Positions 13,253-26,160 of a stretch of 64,000 nt of DNA are shown piece by piece. The notes under the pieces were generated by a model, which saw nothing but the letters and a program-made list of their open reading frames with translations, was not told the origin of the DNA and searched no databases. The translations under genes and the position numbers were made by a program. Source of the DNA: Octopus vulgaris (Eukaryota); assembly GCA_951406725.2 (NCBI GenBank), contig OX597826.1, positions 32,054,001 to 32,118,000 on the forward strand, in the 5' to 3' direction. Numbering within the stretch: the first letter of the stretch is position 1; every line of letters starts with the position of its first letter.

Positions 13253-13492
13253 CCATTTCTTTATTACCCACAGGGAGAGTGGGGGGCTAAATATAGAGGG
13301 GAAAGCAAGGACAGACAAAGGGATTAAGTCGATTACATCGACCCCAGCGCATAACTGGTACTTATTTAATCGACCCTGAAAGGATGAAAGGCAAAGTTGC
13401 CCTCGGTGGAATTTGAACTCAGAATGTAATGGCAGAGGAAATACTACTAAGCATTTTGCCCGGTGTGTTAACGATTCTGCCAGCTCACTGCC
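13253..13492 (-). mobile_element. tRNA-derived SINE, family B, with an 11-bp target-site duplication
   Basis: Minus strand ggcagtgagctggcagaatcgtta...gagttcaaattccacc (A/B boxes). Flanked by direct repeat ctagctctaat (13242-13252 and 13493-13503). Confidence 0.85.
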
Positions 13493-13694
13493 CTAGCTCT
13501 AATTTCTAATTTCTAGCTCTAATCTGGTTACTCTTTCCATGCTTTAATAAAGTGATTAAACATTTATCTTATTTACAGCAAAAAACCCTATTCCATTCTG
13601 GCCCCTTTTTTTCAATCTTTAATCTTTCATCCCTCTCTCTTTCTGTGTTAGTCTCAATCAATCAAAATAGATCTTAATTTTGTGCTAGCTACAT

Positions 13695-13930
13695 GATGAC
13701 CTCATTAGTATTGATGCCACAAAAAACTGCATCCAGTGCTCGCCATAAAGGGGTTTGCTTTAGGAAGGGCATCCAACTGTAGAAACTATGTCAAAGAAGA
13801 CACTGGAACGGGATACAACCTCTTGGATCTGTTGGAGCTTGTCAGATCGTCGAACCCATGCTTGCACAGAAGATGTGCGTTAAAAGATGGGAATTATGAT
13901 GATGTGGATGACAGCAATGATGATGATGAC
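13695..13930 (+). mobile_element. Degenerate RTE-derived non-autonomous element
   Basis: ttaggaagggcatccaactgtagaaac motif, aacccatgc 3' motif and (GAT)n tail shared with 28894-29180. Confidence 0.65.
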
Positions 13931-14440
13931 AATAAACTGTAAATAATAAGTAATAAATATGTCCAGTTATTTGTACACACACACATACACACACATGAAT
14001 TGTAACTGGCACTACCATAAAAGCCTGTTATAGAGTGGAGCCCCTTTCAGGGACCCAAGGAGTCTTGTGGTGGTATTAAACTGAGTAATGATTTAAGTTT
14101 ACAGCCTATATGGCCATGGTAGGATTTGAACACAGGCTGCAAAAAGCATAATAGACAATGCAAAGCATCCATTCCAGCATTCTCTGACTGTCCATTGCCT
14201 TGGATTGGGACTTTAAATGTATTTAATATTCTATATAAGCATGGAATGCTCCCATACAGTGCTCGGAGATTCCCATTGAGCCACGGATATGAAGTTATCT
14301 GATTTCTAATCATTATTCAATGCAAGTGCCAACATTCACCAGCTGACATGGGAAGCCATTACATGCAAATTTTCCTCCAAAGCCTTCACACAACAGCTGA
14401 TGAATGCTGACATGTACTACGAATACCAACTATAAATTGG

Positions 14441-14489
<49 letters not shown>

Positions 14490-14510
14490 ATACATACATA
14501 CACACATACA

Positions 14511-14764
14511 TTCTTTTATTTGTTTCAGTCATTTGATTGTGGCCATGCTGGAGCACTGCCTTCAGTTAAAACAAATTGACCCCAAGACTTATTCTTTGTA
14601 AGCCTAGTACTTATTCCATCATTTCCTTTCACCGAACTGCTAGGTTACAGGGTCATAAGCACACCGATATCGGTTGTCAAGCAATGGTGGTGGTGGAGCA
14701 AACACAGACACATAAACACACATACACACACGCATGTGTATATAAATATATATGTAATATATGT

Positions 14765-14811
<47 letters not shown>

Positions 14812-14976
14812 TATACAATAGGCTTCTTTCAGTTTCTGTCTACTAAATCGACTCTCAAGGCTTTGGTTGGCCCAAAGCTAGTAGAAGACACTTGCCCAAA
14901 GTGCCATACAGTGGGACTGAACCCATAACCATGTTGTTGGGAAGCAAGTTTCCTACTACACAGTCATGCCTGCATC
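14511..14976 (-). mobile_element. tRNA-derived SINE, family A
   Basis: Reverse-complement homologue of 12534-13015; internal (TA)n. Confidence 0.85.
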
Positions 14977-15524
14977 TGAGTATACATATGCACAAAATTC
15001 AAACCAGTGGCTTGCAGGGAAACTCTTAGTACTAATTGTGAGTGTTCCATGTTTATATATTAAAAGTATTCCACTGTTTCTTGTGTTGTTACACATCCGG
15101 TTTACTGTTATATATATGTATATATATGCATGTGTGTGTATATGATATAGATATGTGTGTATATGCATGAATGCGTGTGTGCATATTTCTATAAAGAAAA
15201 ATAATAATAACAAATATGATGTTTTATGTCGTTAACGAAAGGACCCGTGTGCTCTTGATCATATTTTAATTAAATAAATTATTTGGATTTTATTTTAATA
15301 AACATAATCTAATTAAATTTGATATTATATTGATGCTAACTTTTATACCTCTTTCAGATATTTTATCTAATCATACCATAGTCAAGAATTTAATCCTCAT
15401 TAGCATAATCACAAACGGTACACATTCATACCAGAGGTTGTACACAATCTATTTGGATGTTGAAATTTTCAGTCACATTTTAGCTTATTTTGTCTTCACT
15501 CCTACTAGAATTGGTATAAGGTAA

Positions 15525-15845
15525 GAACCCCCATTGGCCATGGGATTGCACCAAGAAAATTACCTTCTGAGGCACAAGTCTGGCTAAGATTGTTTATGAA
15601 AGACCAGCAGTTGCCCATGCATACCAACATCCCCTGTCCATGCAACTGATGTTATCCAAAGGAAAAGCAAAGGCCGATACAGCTTGGCATCAGTGACGTT
15701 GCAACTCATTTGTACAGCTAAGTGAATGGGAGCAATGTGAAATAAAGAGTCTTGCTCAAGAACACAACTCAGCCTGGTCCAAGAATCGAACACACTACCT
15801 CATGATTGTGAACCAGACATTCTAACCACTGAGCTATGTGCCATC
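15525..15845 (-). mobile_element. tRNA-derived SINE, family C
   Basis: Minus strand tagctcagtggttaga...gtgttcgattc (A/B boxes) followed by gtgttcttgagcaagac...tttcacattgctcc, shared with 32214, 57903 and 60055 copies. Confidence 0.8.
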
Positions 15846-16779
15846 ACTGGAATTGGTAAAATATATTGAAATATATAGCACTAATGACACAACTGTCCCT
15901 CCTCTCAAGGCCTCAAGGTTGCATAACTTCTCTTTCTCCAAATTCTAATCACTGATGTTGTCTTGTCTTGTAAAACAAGTTTGTACTTATTAGTTTCTTT
16001 CCTCAAACATCTGTCTAATGGACTTCAGTTATTTCTCTTCATCTTATTAGATATAATCTGAATTCGTTTAAATCTTCTGTTGATCATTTAATAGTTTTCA
16101 AGTGTTGCTTCTCATGAGAATTTTTTGCTTTTATTATGTAACTCTTAATAAACTCGATGTTGTCTAAAGCTTGAGTTATCAATAGTTGCTTGCTGCCATG
16201 TTTGAGAGAGATTCTCAATATAAAAGAAAACATGGTTTATGTATTTTTTTATCCTTGCTGATGACATACAATACAGCAGTTTTCCTTTCTAATATATTTA
16301 TATTTAATGCTTCAATCATCTCAAAATATTTTTTTCAGAATTTGTTCTGCTTAAATTACAGAGCTTATGAAGGCAAATCGTTAGGCTCTTAGTTAATGTA
16401 CATTTATGTGTAGCTGCTGAAGAGTTCTTAATTGTTTTTGATGATCGTAGGGTAGCTTCTATATTTTAAAGTACTGTCAGGATTAAGAATGGTGGATTAT
16501 TCCAGATTATAAGACTGATTTAACTGATTGTATACATCATCATTATAATCATTATCATTACCATTATCATTTTAATACCTATTTTTCCTTGCATGGGTCA
16601 TATGAAAGTGTGTTGGGGTATATTCATTTAAGGCCAGATGCACCACCTGTTTCCAAGCAAAGTAATAATCTCCAAGACTATTGAACAACAAACAGCCTGA
16701 ACATGTTTCAGTGGAAAACTGGAAACAAATAAGGCAATCCATCACTGTCAATGTTTACAAACAGCAAACATACACGAAG

Positions 16780-16966
16780 AGAAGGGGAGATATGAACACA
16801 CTCACTCAAAGACACATATATACTCATATGATGCGATTCTCCAAGTCCACTAACAAGGTTTTGGTCAACCTGGGGTTTTAATGAAAGACACTTGCCTGGG
16901 TTGGCCCACAGTGGCAATGAACCCATACCCATGTGACTGAGAAGTGAACTTCTTAACTACAGCCAT
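16780..16966 (-). mobile_element. Partial SINE, family A
   Basis: aagacacttgcc...cacagtgg...tgaacccataccc matches the family A 5' region. Confidence 0.6.
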
Positions 16967-17577
16967 CAAAATGTTAAATCAGTTTTTATTAGGGTTAATT
17001 TTTATCAAACTTCTTTTACTGAAGATTAATAATCTTTTTAATTGTTATTGAAAATTAAACAAAATTAATTGTGTAACATGACAAATAACAAATCACTTGT
17101 AAAGTGTTTCTTTCTCTAAAAATTTCAAGTAACTGAGATTGACAAAAGAATGCTCGAGAAATTTAAAATATTATTCTAAAGGGGAAAAGAGGGGAAACAA
17201 GAGAATGGCTTTTGTTTTAAAGCAAATCTATAAAAAGAATCATCTGTATTCTCTGACCACATTTGAAAAAATAATTTTTGTAGCAATGCAAAATTTTATA
17301 ATGAATAGCAACTTATTGTATGATTCTGTTCCAATAAGATTAGCCTCTGCAAAAATAGAAGATCTATAGAAATTTGCTGTTTTAGTCAAAATTGAAATAA
17401 AACATATAATTCAATCTTGCTTCAGAAACGCTATGACTAGGAATTATTCTGCCAGTTTCTTTTTATACCAGTTCCTGTCTTACTAATTTACCATTTTCTA
17501 TTTCTCATCCTATATTTAAGTGTGTGTATGTGTCTGTGTGTGTTTGCATCTCTCAGTATATAAGTAGGCGTAAATAA

Positions 17578-17627
<50 letters not shown>

Positions 17628-17673
17628 CTACAGACACACACACACAAAATAACAACAAATGGAAATTTGTTCA

Positions 17674-17758
17674 TTCACTACAGCTGTTTCAAACGAATTT
17701 TTTTTATTGATGAATAGAGTTATTACATCATGCGAAAAAACCGTTTTCTTTTGGTGAA
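17674..17758 (-). ncRNA. Degenerate type I hammerhead ribozyme motif
   Basis: Minus strand: ttcac [CAAAAGA] aaacg...cgttt GAAAC agct GTA gtgaa. Helices I, II and III pair; the CUGANGA box is mutated. Confidence 0.5.
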
Positions 17759-20003
17759 TATACACCAATTCAACATCTTAAAAAAACATACCAAAGAACA
17801 ATATTATGTCACTTCATGATTCCTGGCTAGCTTCAGCTAAAGAATCTGTACATTGGTGTGTCCTTTGGTACATACATATATGTTCCTCTAGTTTTGTTTT
17901 GGCACTTTACTATTTAAGTACCTGAACTCTTATATATATATATTGATATTTATACAATACAATATAATAGATACGTTTCATCCTATTTCACCAATCCCTT
18001 TCATACATGAAATTTGGGAAAAGCCTAATCCTGGCACTCATCAGAAGGGCTGGTAGAAAGGGCATGACATTATACATACTCATACATATATATATGTGTG
18101 CATCCCCATTTCAGCATAGTACATTGACATTAAAGGATGAGGATGATGACATACAAACATACTTATATACATACATGAATAAATCAAGCTTTTGGGCTGC
18201 ACATGTGGCCACCTTCATGGGTAGAGGTATCTATGGTTGGTAAGGGTTCATGTGCTAGTGGGTGAGTGGATGACTCATACAGATGAATCCATTTATGGAA
18301 TCATAGAGGCTGTATCACAATTTTTAGTTTTGTGACTAGACATTTGTGAGAATTAGTTGAAAATTTGAATATTAAGTTCTAAAGATATTCAACAGAGAAT
18401 GAAAGAGAAAGAGAGAGAGAAAATAAAGAGAAAAGAGAGAGAAAGGAAAAGAAAGTGAGAAATTGAGAGAAAAAGAGAGAGTGAAGTGAGAGAGAATCAA
18501 TTTCTTTGTACATAAGCCGACAATCAAAGGTGGATATAATTTTTGTGAGTTAAGTGTTTGACAGTATATATGAAAAGAAGTACTTCACACTTATTTAAAA
18601 TGTCTTACTTTGAAGTTTTATCTAGAGTTGAAAAGCGAAATTAATCAAATGCTAATTATGATTTTACTTAAAAAAAAAACAACAACAAAAACAAAAACAA
18701 AAAGCAAAAAACAAAAACCGATGAGGACCAACAATTTTCTAATCAGTAAATTTAATTTAAAAGTCAGTATTTCAAGAATACATTGGGACACCATAACTTG
18801 TTAATGCCCACATAATAATTCGCTGCTTGTTTAGTGATTAGGGAATAGCTGAGTGATTGAACTGCTCATATTATTGATTGATATTATTGATATTTAACAT
18901 ACCAACCTGGAAGAATGGATGACCAAGTAATAATACATAGTAGAGATCGAAATCAGAATATTAAACCATTGAAACATCACCTTCCTAATGTTTTATGTTA
19001 TGAGAGAGATTGAAAGCAGATTTCAGACTGAAAGCATTTCTTTTGAATTCTCATACATTTACAAAAACATAGACAACATAAATAAGGAGTTGCAGTGTTG
19101 CAGAAAATAATTTAGCATGCTGTTTAGTTCAAAGCAATGATAGTAAGGGACATCAAAGGTGATCCGAGAGAGAAAGAAATTCTTTTACATTACTTATATG
19201 AGATATTACACTACATACAGAAGTTACACTAGGAAAGGTGTAAAATGATTCAATAGGTAGATTACACTATCAATTCTAAAGCTTTGGTAAAAAGGTAGGA
19301 AAAAAATGGAACCATCAGCCAGGAGAAAATATATAGAATCTATTGATGGTATTTTAGATATAGGAATTTGATTATATATTTGCTGAAATTAACATAGTTC
19401 AAGTACCAATTTCCAAGACAGATATGAATAACAAAACCACATTTACATAAAAATGTCTCTAACATTCTATGTTTGAGATTTTCTTTGTAATTTAAAAATA
19501 AAAAATAAAAGTCTGGGAAAAAAACAAAGAGTATTGAATTTACTAATCTATAAATGTAGATCAGAGATGAAATAGGCAACAAAGGAAATCAATGACTCTG
19601 ATACAACGAGTAAAACTAAAACTTGGAATTATTCTGTAATAATTTTTGCTGTTTTAGAAATTGTGTGAAACACTGAAACTTAAGTAAAATATTATATGTA
19701 TTGAGTTAGAATGATTACACACTTACTTAACACAAAGCAATCACAGCTGTGACTGAGTTTAATTTGTCAACCACAGAAGAAATTTTTCTATACTTTGACA
19801 GAAGTGAAGATAATTCCAGATGGTTTGAATAATATGAGGTATAATGTTTATCTAATATATATTTGTATGTATGCATGTGATTATGTGGGTATGTGAGTAC
19901 GTTTGTGTGTGTGTATACATACATATGCACACAATATATATATGTACTACATTTCTGTTACTAGTGTGGTTCAATTACATATATACATATGTATATAAAT
20001 ATA

Positions 20004-20851
20004 CATCATCATCATCATCATCATCATTTAGCGTCCGTTTTCCATGCTAGCATGGGTTGGACGGTTCAACTGGGGTCTGGGGAGCCCGAAGGCTGCACCA
20101 GGCCAGTCAGATCTGGCAGTGTTTCTACAGCTGGATGCCCTTCCTAACGCCAACCACTCCGAGAGTGTAGTGGGTGATTTTATGTGCCACCGACACAGGT
20201 GCCAGACGAGGCTGGCGAACGGCCACGCTCGGATGGTGTTTTTATGTGCCACCGACACAGGTGCCAGACGAGGCTGGCAGACGGCCACGCTCGGATGGTG
20301 TTTTTATGTGCCACCGACACAGGTGCCAGATGAGGCTGGCGGACGGCCACGATCGGATGGTGTTTGTTATGTCCCCAAAGCACGGAGGCCAGTCTATGCG
20401 GTACTGGCTACGGCCACGTTCGGATGGTTTTCTTGTGTGCCACCGGCACTGGTACCACAAAGATACACATTCCATTGATGTTCATCTATTTTGATTTGTT
20501 TTGATTTGATTTGATTTTCACTTGCCTCAACAGGTCTTCACAAGTGTCACAAGAAGGAAGGTATGCACAGGTGGACTGACTACGTCCCAGGTAGGGGCCA
20601 CGGGTTATGGCCTGACTAGTCTTGCCGGGTCTTCGGATGGTGTTTTTATGTGCCACCGACACAGGTGCCAGATGAGGCTGGCGAACGGCCACGATCGGAT
20701 GGTGTTTGTTGCGTGCCCACAGCACGGAGGCCAGTCGATGCGGTACTGGCTACGGCCACGTTCGGATGGTTTTCTTGTGTGCCACCGGCACTGGTACCAC
20801 AAAGATACAAATTCCATTGATGTTCATCTATTTTGATTTGATTTGATTTGA
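20004..20851 (-). mobile_element. Young RTE-derived non-autonomous element with internal 59-bp repeats and a larger duplication
   Basis: Minus-strand 3' end ccaacccatgctagcatggaaaacggacgctaaa(tga)n; ggcgttaggaagggcatccagctgtagaaac motif; GC-rich with CpGs intact. Confidence 0.85.
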
Positions 20852-21638
20852 TGTATATAAATCTATGTATACACACACACATATGTATATATATATATAT
20901 CATCATCATCATCATCATATATATATACATATATATACATATATATTTATAGATAATATATATATATATGTGTGTGTGTGTGTATGTATAAGTATGCATA
21001 TACAACTATAACCTATTTTTCTGTCTTCGATCACATTCTTTACATAGATGTATTCACATACGAAACACTGCAACTTTCAGTGCTGGCTCTGAATTCTATA
21101 GAAAATCTGTAGAGACAACTTAAAAGTAATTGAACCACACAACTAACAGAAACGTAGCACAATCTTGACTTATTCACCTTTAATGTCCTTCTTAGTATAT
21201 TACAGTTGCCAAACAAAATACAGTTTCCTTACCAGCAATTAATATGTATGTATTTATGTATATATATATATATGTATATAAATACATATATATATATATA
21301 CATATATATACACATATATATACGTGTGTGTGTACGTGTACATATGTATGAATGCATGTATGTATGATGTATATATATATGGATGTATAAATGTATATAT
21401 GTTGTTATGGAATATATGTATAGATTATTAGTCAGCGAGGTAGATTTAGGAAAATGCAAAAGGCATTAACTCTATACTAGGTTTTTATATGAACAAAGAG
21501 TGATTTGTGGGATTAGTTCAAAAGAGGAAGAAAGTGCTTACATCTGTCTATATATATAATACCAACTAAAGAGCTGTAGAAATATTCTGTAGTACAATAT
21601 AACATTGAGACAAAACACTACTTAAGGAACAAGTAATT

Positions 21639-21670
<32 letters not shown>

Positions 21671-21896
21671 TAAAGTAATCTGAAAAAGCATGCATATATT
21701 CCCTCTCTGTCCTGTGTATATTTTGCTTCATGGCATTAACCTGAAGAATAATGTATTGCAACCAATTCCATAAACCTTGTGAGAAATGTGAAAGATGACA
21801 TTACAGAATTGTAAAGGAAAAATGATGACCTTGTGAACCTATCAACTTCTAACCTTTACTGTGGACAGTATTGAAGGAATGGTATGATTTGATATG

Positions 21897-21935
<39 letters not shown>

Positions 21936-21954
21936 GTATATATGTATATGTATG

Positions 21955-21989
<35 letters not shown>

Positions 21990-22024
21990 TGTTATATTTA
22001 TATATAGTTTAGCCAATTTAAACG

Positions 22025-22062
<38 letters not shown>

Positions 22063-22089
22063 TACATACATACTTACATATATACATAC

Positions 22090-22141
<52 letters not shown>

Positions 22142-22764
22142 GGGTGTGTGTGTATGTATTAGGAGACTTGGAAGACTTGGAATATATAATTTGCTTATAA
22201 AGCAATAGAGAAAAAAGTTTGTAAAATTAAAAAAAAACTGAGGAAGATGACACCGGCAATGATGATGATGATGATGATGGTGATGGTGATGATAATGATG
22301 ACAATGATGATGATGATGGTAATGAATATGGTAATTAGCTTAGCAGCATTATCAATTCCAATTCTGATATTGACAGTGTTCTACAACAAAGATACATTTT
22401 AGATTAAATACAAAGAGATAAGGATTATTTCCAACTTAATATCATTATTTTTTTATATTAAAACAATTTTCAGTAAGTAATTAATTTTATCTTTTCAAAA
22501 ATGCTTTGCTGGATTAACAAATTTACAAAAATCAAAAAAAAAAGAAAAGAAAAACAACCTAATGTTTGTATAAAATTTCTTTTATAAAGTAAAATGCAAG
22601 AGATAATGTCTCTATTGTCACATGGAAAATACCTATCCTAGTGAATAATTTTGTATTTCCTTATTTTAATGCTAGTGATACCTGTTATATAATGGGTAAC
22701 TTTGAAATTATACTTTTGCCATCATGGGTAATATAAGAAAATATGGCATACATATATATAGGGC

Positions 22765-22986
22765 ATATGTGCTGGAGTCACATAAGAAACACTCATGTTG
22801 GTGCCACATGAAAAGTTCCCATGCTGGTGCTGTGTAAAAGCACCAAGTACACTCTGTAAAGTGGATGGCATTATGAAGGACATCCAGCCATAGAAACTGA
22901 GCCAAAACAGACAGTTGGAACCTGGTGCAGCACTTTGGCTTGCCAGATCCTGTCAAACCTTCCAACCCACATCAGCATGGAAAACA
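22765..22986 (+). mobile_element. RTE-derived non-autonomous element, degenerate
   Basis: aaaagcacc...actctgtaaagtgg...gaaggacatccagccatagaaac...ccaacccacatcagcatggaaaac. Confidence 0.7.
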
Positions 22987-24355
22987 TGTGTGAGTCTCAC
23001 ATTCTTTTACTCATTGCATGCTAGAAAGCCTAGCATGTGCCCATCAGCATCTCATATGTTAAATTTCTCTGTATCTCTTTTTTTATGTTTTCTTCCTATC
23101 TCTCTGGAGGAAGAATCAATTGACAAACAATTTGCTGGTTTTGTGCCTTCAGAGGTGTGTAAAGTAAGTGACACCTTACTTAAAAAAACAGCTATGAGCA
23201 TCTGTTTACAAAGCAATGCCTTAGTAAATATATTCCTCTAACCTGTGCAAGTATGGAAAAATGGATGTAAACAAGAATGAATATATTAATAGCAAATATA
23301 TTTTCGTGTGGAGGCACCAAATATGAGGATCACATATTTTTGAGATTACATTGTAACTGAGCAAAAATGCTCATCCCTTCTCTATTTTGATTTGTTGAAG
23401 ATCTAAGAAGTTATGGACTACACTTTTCTTTCTTTGATATAATGAAATCTTCGTTGAATTCCACTCTCATTGGACATTTCAAATTACCATTATTCTATCA
23501 TCATTCAGTTAAGCATGCAATGCTGTTTCATCTTGTTATGAACATTCTGTCACATTGTATGACCAAGCCATGGTTTTCGTGTATCATGGAATCAGAAAAT
23601 CATGTATGTCATATTTTGGTAATTTTATACTTTGAAGGTGAATGCAGTTTTAATAAAGTTCCATGAAACCAATAATTTTGGATTCATCAGAAGAATGAGG
23701 AATCTATTTATGAGAAGACAAAGATCATAGTCAGTTGTCAAACTATGAGATAATGTAGCTGAGACATTATTTTAGTGTTGAGATTATTATACCCTCGAAA
23801 CTATGAGACAAAATGGTGAAGTCACACTGGAATATAATGACGTACATCACTCTGAAACAATATTAGAAGAACGTATCATTTTGTAATCTAATTTCAAATA
23901 TGAAATTTGGTGGGATTCTTTGACAGCTATCTATAAAACATTGTGAGAGAGAAAGAGAGAGAGAGAGAGAATGAAAGAGAGTGAAGCCTGATACTCTATT
24001 ATCCATATGACAATACATCATTAAAATGAAACTGTGTGATGGTGAAGCATGGGGAGAAGACATGTAAAAATTATTAAATGATTAGAAAATTGTTTCTATT
24101 TTACTAAGTTCAAGTTTGAGATTTTGGATATATTCTTCATCACGGTTTCTCTCCACCCCCACACACTACTCTTTCCTTTATGAATTCTTCTAGAGAAACA
24201 TTCCACCACATCCTGTGAGTATCTAAGTGATCAGGGAAGAGACAAAATGCACTACAATGACCCAGAAAAATCACCAACAACCAAATTCTGATTTGCTATA
24301 AAACCATATGAGATAACAGATTAAATTTTATGTAATATCACTGTAAAACACTCTC

Positions 24356-24716
24356 AGCAGTGGCAGCGGCAGCAGCAGCGGTGGCAGCAGCAGCGGTGGC
24401 AGCAGCAGTAGTAGCAACAGCAGCAGCAGCAGCAGCAAAATCAGCATCAATAATAGTAGCAGCAGCAGCAGTAGCAGCAGTTATATCAAAAATAGCAGTA
24501 GTGTATATTAATGGAATAGAGCAAAGTGTCTCTCAAAGTAGTTAATTGTCTATTATATCACTACAACATCAATAGTGATATCGGTGTAAATAATGGAACT
24601 TATAGTAGTAACATTAGTAGCGTTAATACTAAGCATGCATTTAGTAGTAGTCGTAACAGTAGTGGCAGCAGCAGCTGCAGTAGTAACAGCAGCAGCAGCA
24701 GCAACAGCAGCAGCAG
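24356..24716. repeat. (CAG/GCA)n and (AGT)n low-complexity tract
   Basis: Seen directly. Confidence 0.85.
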
Positions 24717-24944
24717 AAACCTAATCGTAATTTAAGAAATTGTAGCAGAGAGATGTAATGGTAATATAATGGGAATCTTTGAAACAAAAGTCCATTCCGA
24801 CACCAAAATATGGTGAGAATGGCTTCTCATAATAATGATGGTTCATACTAAAAATTGTAAAAGATATAGGTATGAAATGATAGCAGTAATAAAGATGATG
24901 GTAATGGAAGTAATCTTGAGATTGCAATAAGAGGCTACCATTTA

Positions 24945-25700
24945 TTTTGTATACTGTTTGTAGTATTAGACAGTATGATGGTTACACTGTATAGTAATGG
25001 TATATTATAATGAGTATAGGCTATAGTATTAGTGTGCCATGTTTACAATAGACTGTAGTATTATGTGGTGTGATAGCTATAGACCAGGGGTTCTCAACCA
25101 TTTTTTACCTACAGACTCCTTTGGTTATTACTCTATTCTGGTGGACCCCTATAGCCATTTGATTTTTAAAAATTCATTTTATAGAAACTTTTTTCAAGAA
25201 ATTTCTATTTTGTTTTTCACACATCAACTTGTATAGATTTAACTATGTAAAATGTCAGAAAAAGAAACTTAGCTGTTTCTTGCAATACATACCAATAGGT
25301 ATTTCTAAAGCGAAATGTTTTTCGGGGTCCCTTAAAATAGTAATATGGATCCTCAATTTACTATTTTGTTGATATGGACCCTGCCAAAATCTTATATGGA
25401 CTCTTAGGGGGCCATATGAATCTTGTTGAGAACCACTACTATAGACTGTAGCATTAGTGAGCATTGGTGACTATAGGCTGTGGCATTAGAGACCAATGGT
25501 GCTTATAGGCTGAAGAATAAGTGTGCTGTAATGGCTATAGGCTATAGGATTTGTGTGCTTTATTGGTGATAGGCTGTAGTAATAATGTGCAATGATGGTT
25601 ATAGGCTATAGTATCATATGATATGATAGCTATAGGCCATAGTATTATTGTGCAGTGGTGGCTGTAGGGTGTAGTATTTAGACACTATGGAGATTAGAGT
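24945..25700. repeat. Degenerate minisatellite, unit about 32-33 bp (ctataggctgtagtattagtgtgc...), interrupted by a hAT MITE
   Basis: The tataggct(g/a)tagta core recurs at regular spacing on both sides of the MITE. Confidence 0.7.
25085..25438. mobile_element. hAT-type MITE
   Basis: TIRs caggggttctcaac / gttgagaaccacta; perfect 8-bp TSD ctatagac (25077-25084 and 25439-25446). Confidence 0.9.
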
Positions 25701-25825
25701 GCAGTGACAAGATCAGAGCATGCAATTTTAAAAGTTAAACCTTTATAATTCAAGCAGGGTACACCATGTATCAATATATGGACCCTCTTTTCCAGATTTA
25801 TTTGCATTCACTTATACATACAAAC

Positions 25826-25905
<80 letters not shown>

Positions 25906-25920
25906 ATATACAGACACACA

Positions 25921-25966
<46 letters not shown>

Positions 25967-26081
25967 CACACATTTATATATATATAGATGATAAGAAAAT
26001 GGAGGAAAAATAATAAGTGTGTCTTTTGCGCTAGGAAGCCATTATTTAATTAGTTAAGAAAGGTGAGAGTAAGAGTGAGTT

Positions 26082-26160
26082 TACGATCGTTTCTGTGTAC
26101 CATGTTGAGGAAAATATATATCTATATTTTTGTCTCATTGCCAATGGTAGACATCGTCAG
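26082..26160 (-). ncRNA. Type I hammerhead ribozyme motif with an intact catalytic core
   Basis: Minus strand: CTGACGA tgtctaccat ... atggtacaca GAAAC gatc GTA. Helix II pairs 9 of 10 positions, helix III is the palindrome ACGATCGT, helix I is weak. Confidence 0.7.

Noticed and set aside
14047-14430. GC-richer stretch with an 88-aa minus ORF
   Set aside because: Partly a decayed SINE; no convincing splice-site pair or recognisable domain.
20044-20836. Repetitive ORFs and a CRISPR-like look of the 59-bp units
   Set aside because: Units are contiguous with no unique spacers, lie inside a retroelement, and the DNA is eukaryotic with no cas genes.
24360-24545. Poly-Ala ORF
   Set aside because: GCA microsatellite with a GTG start and no exon signals.
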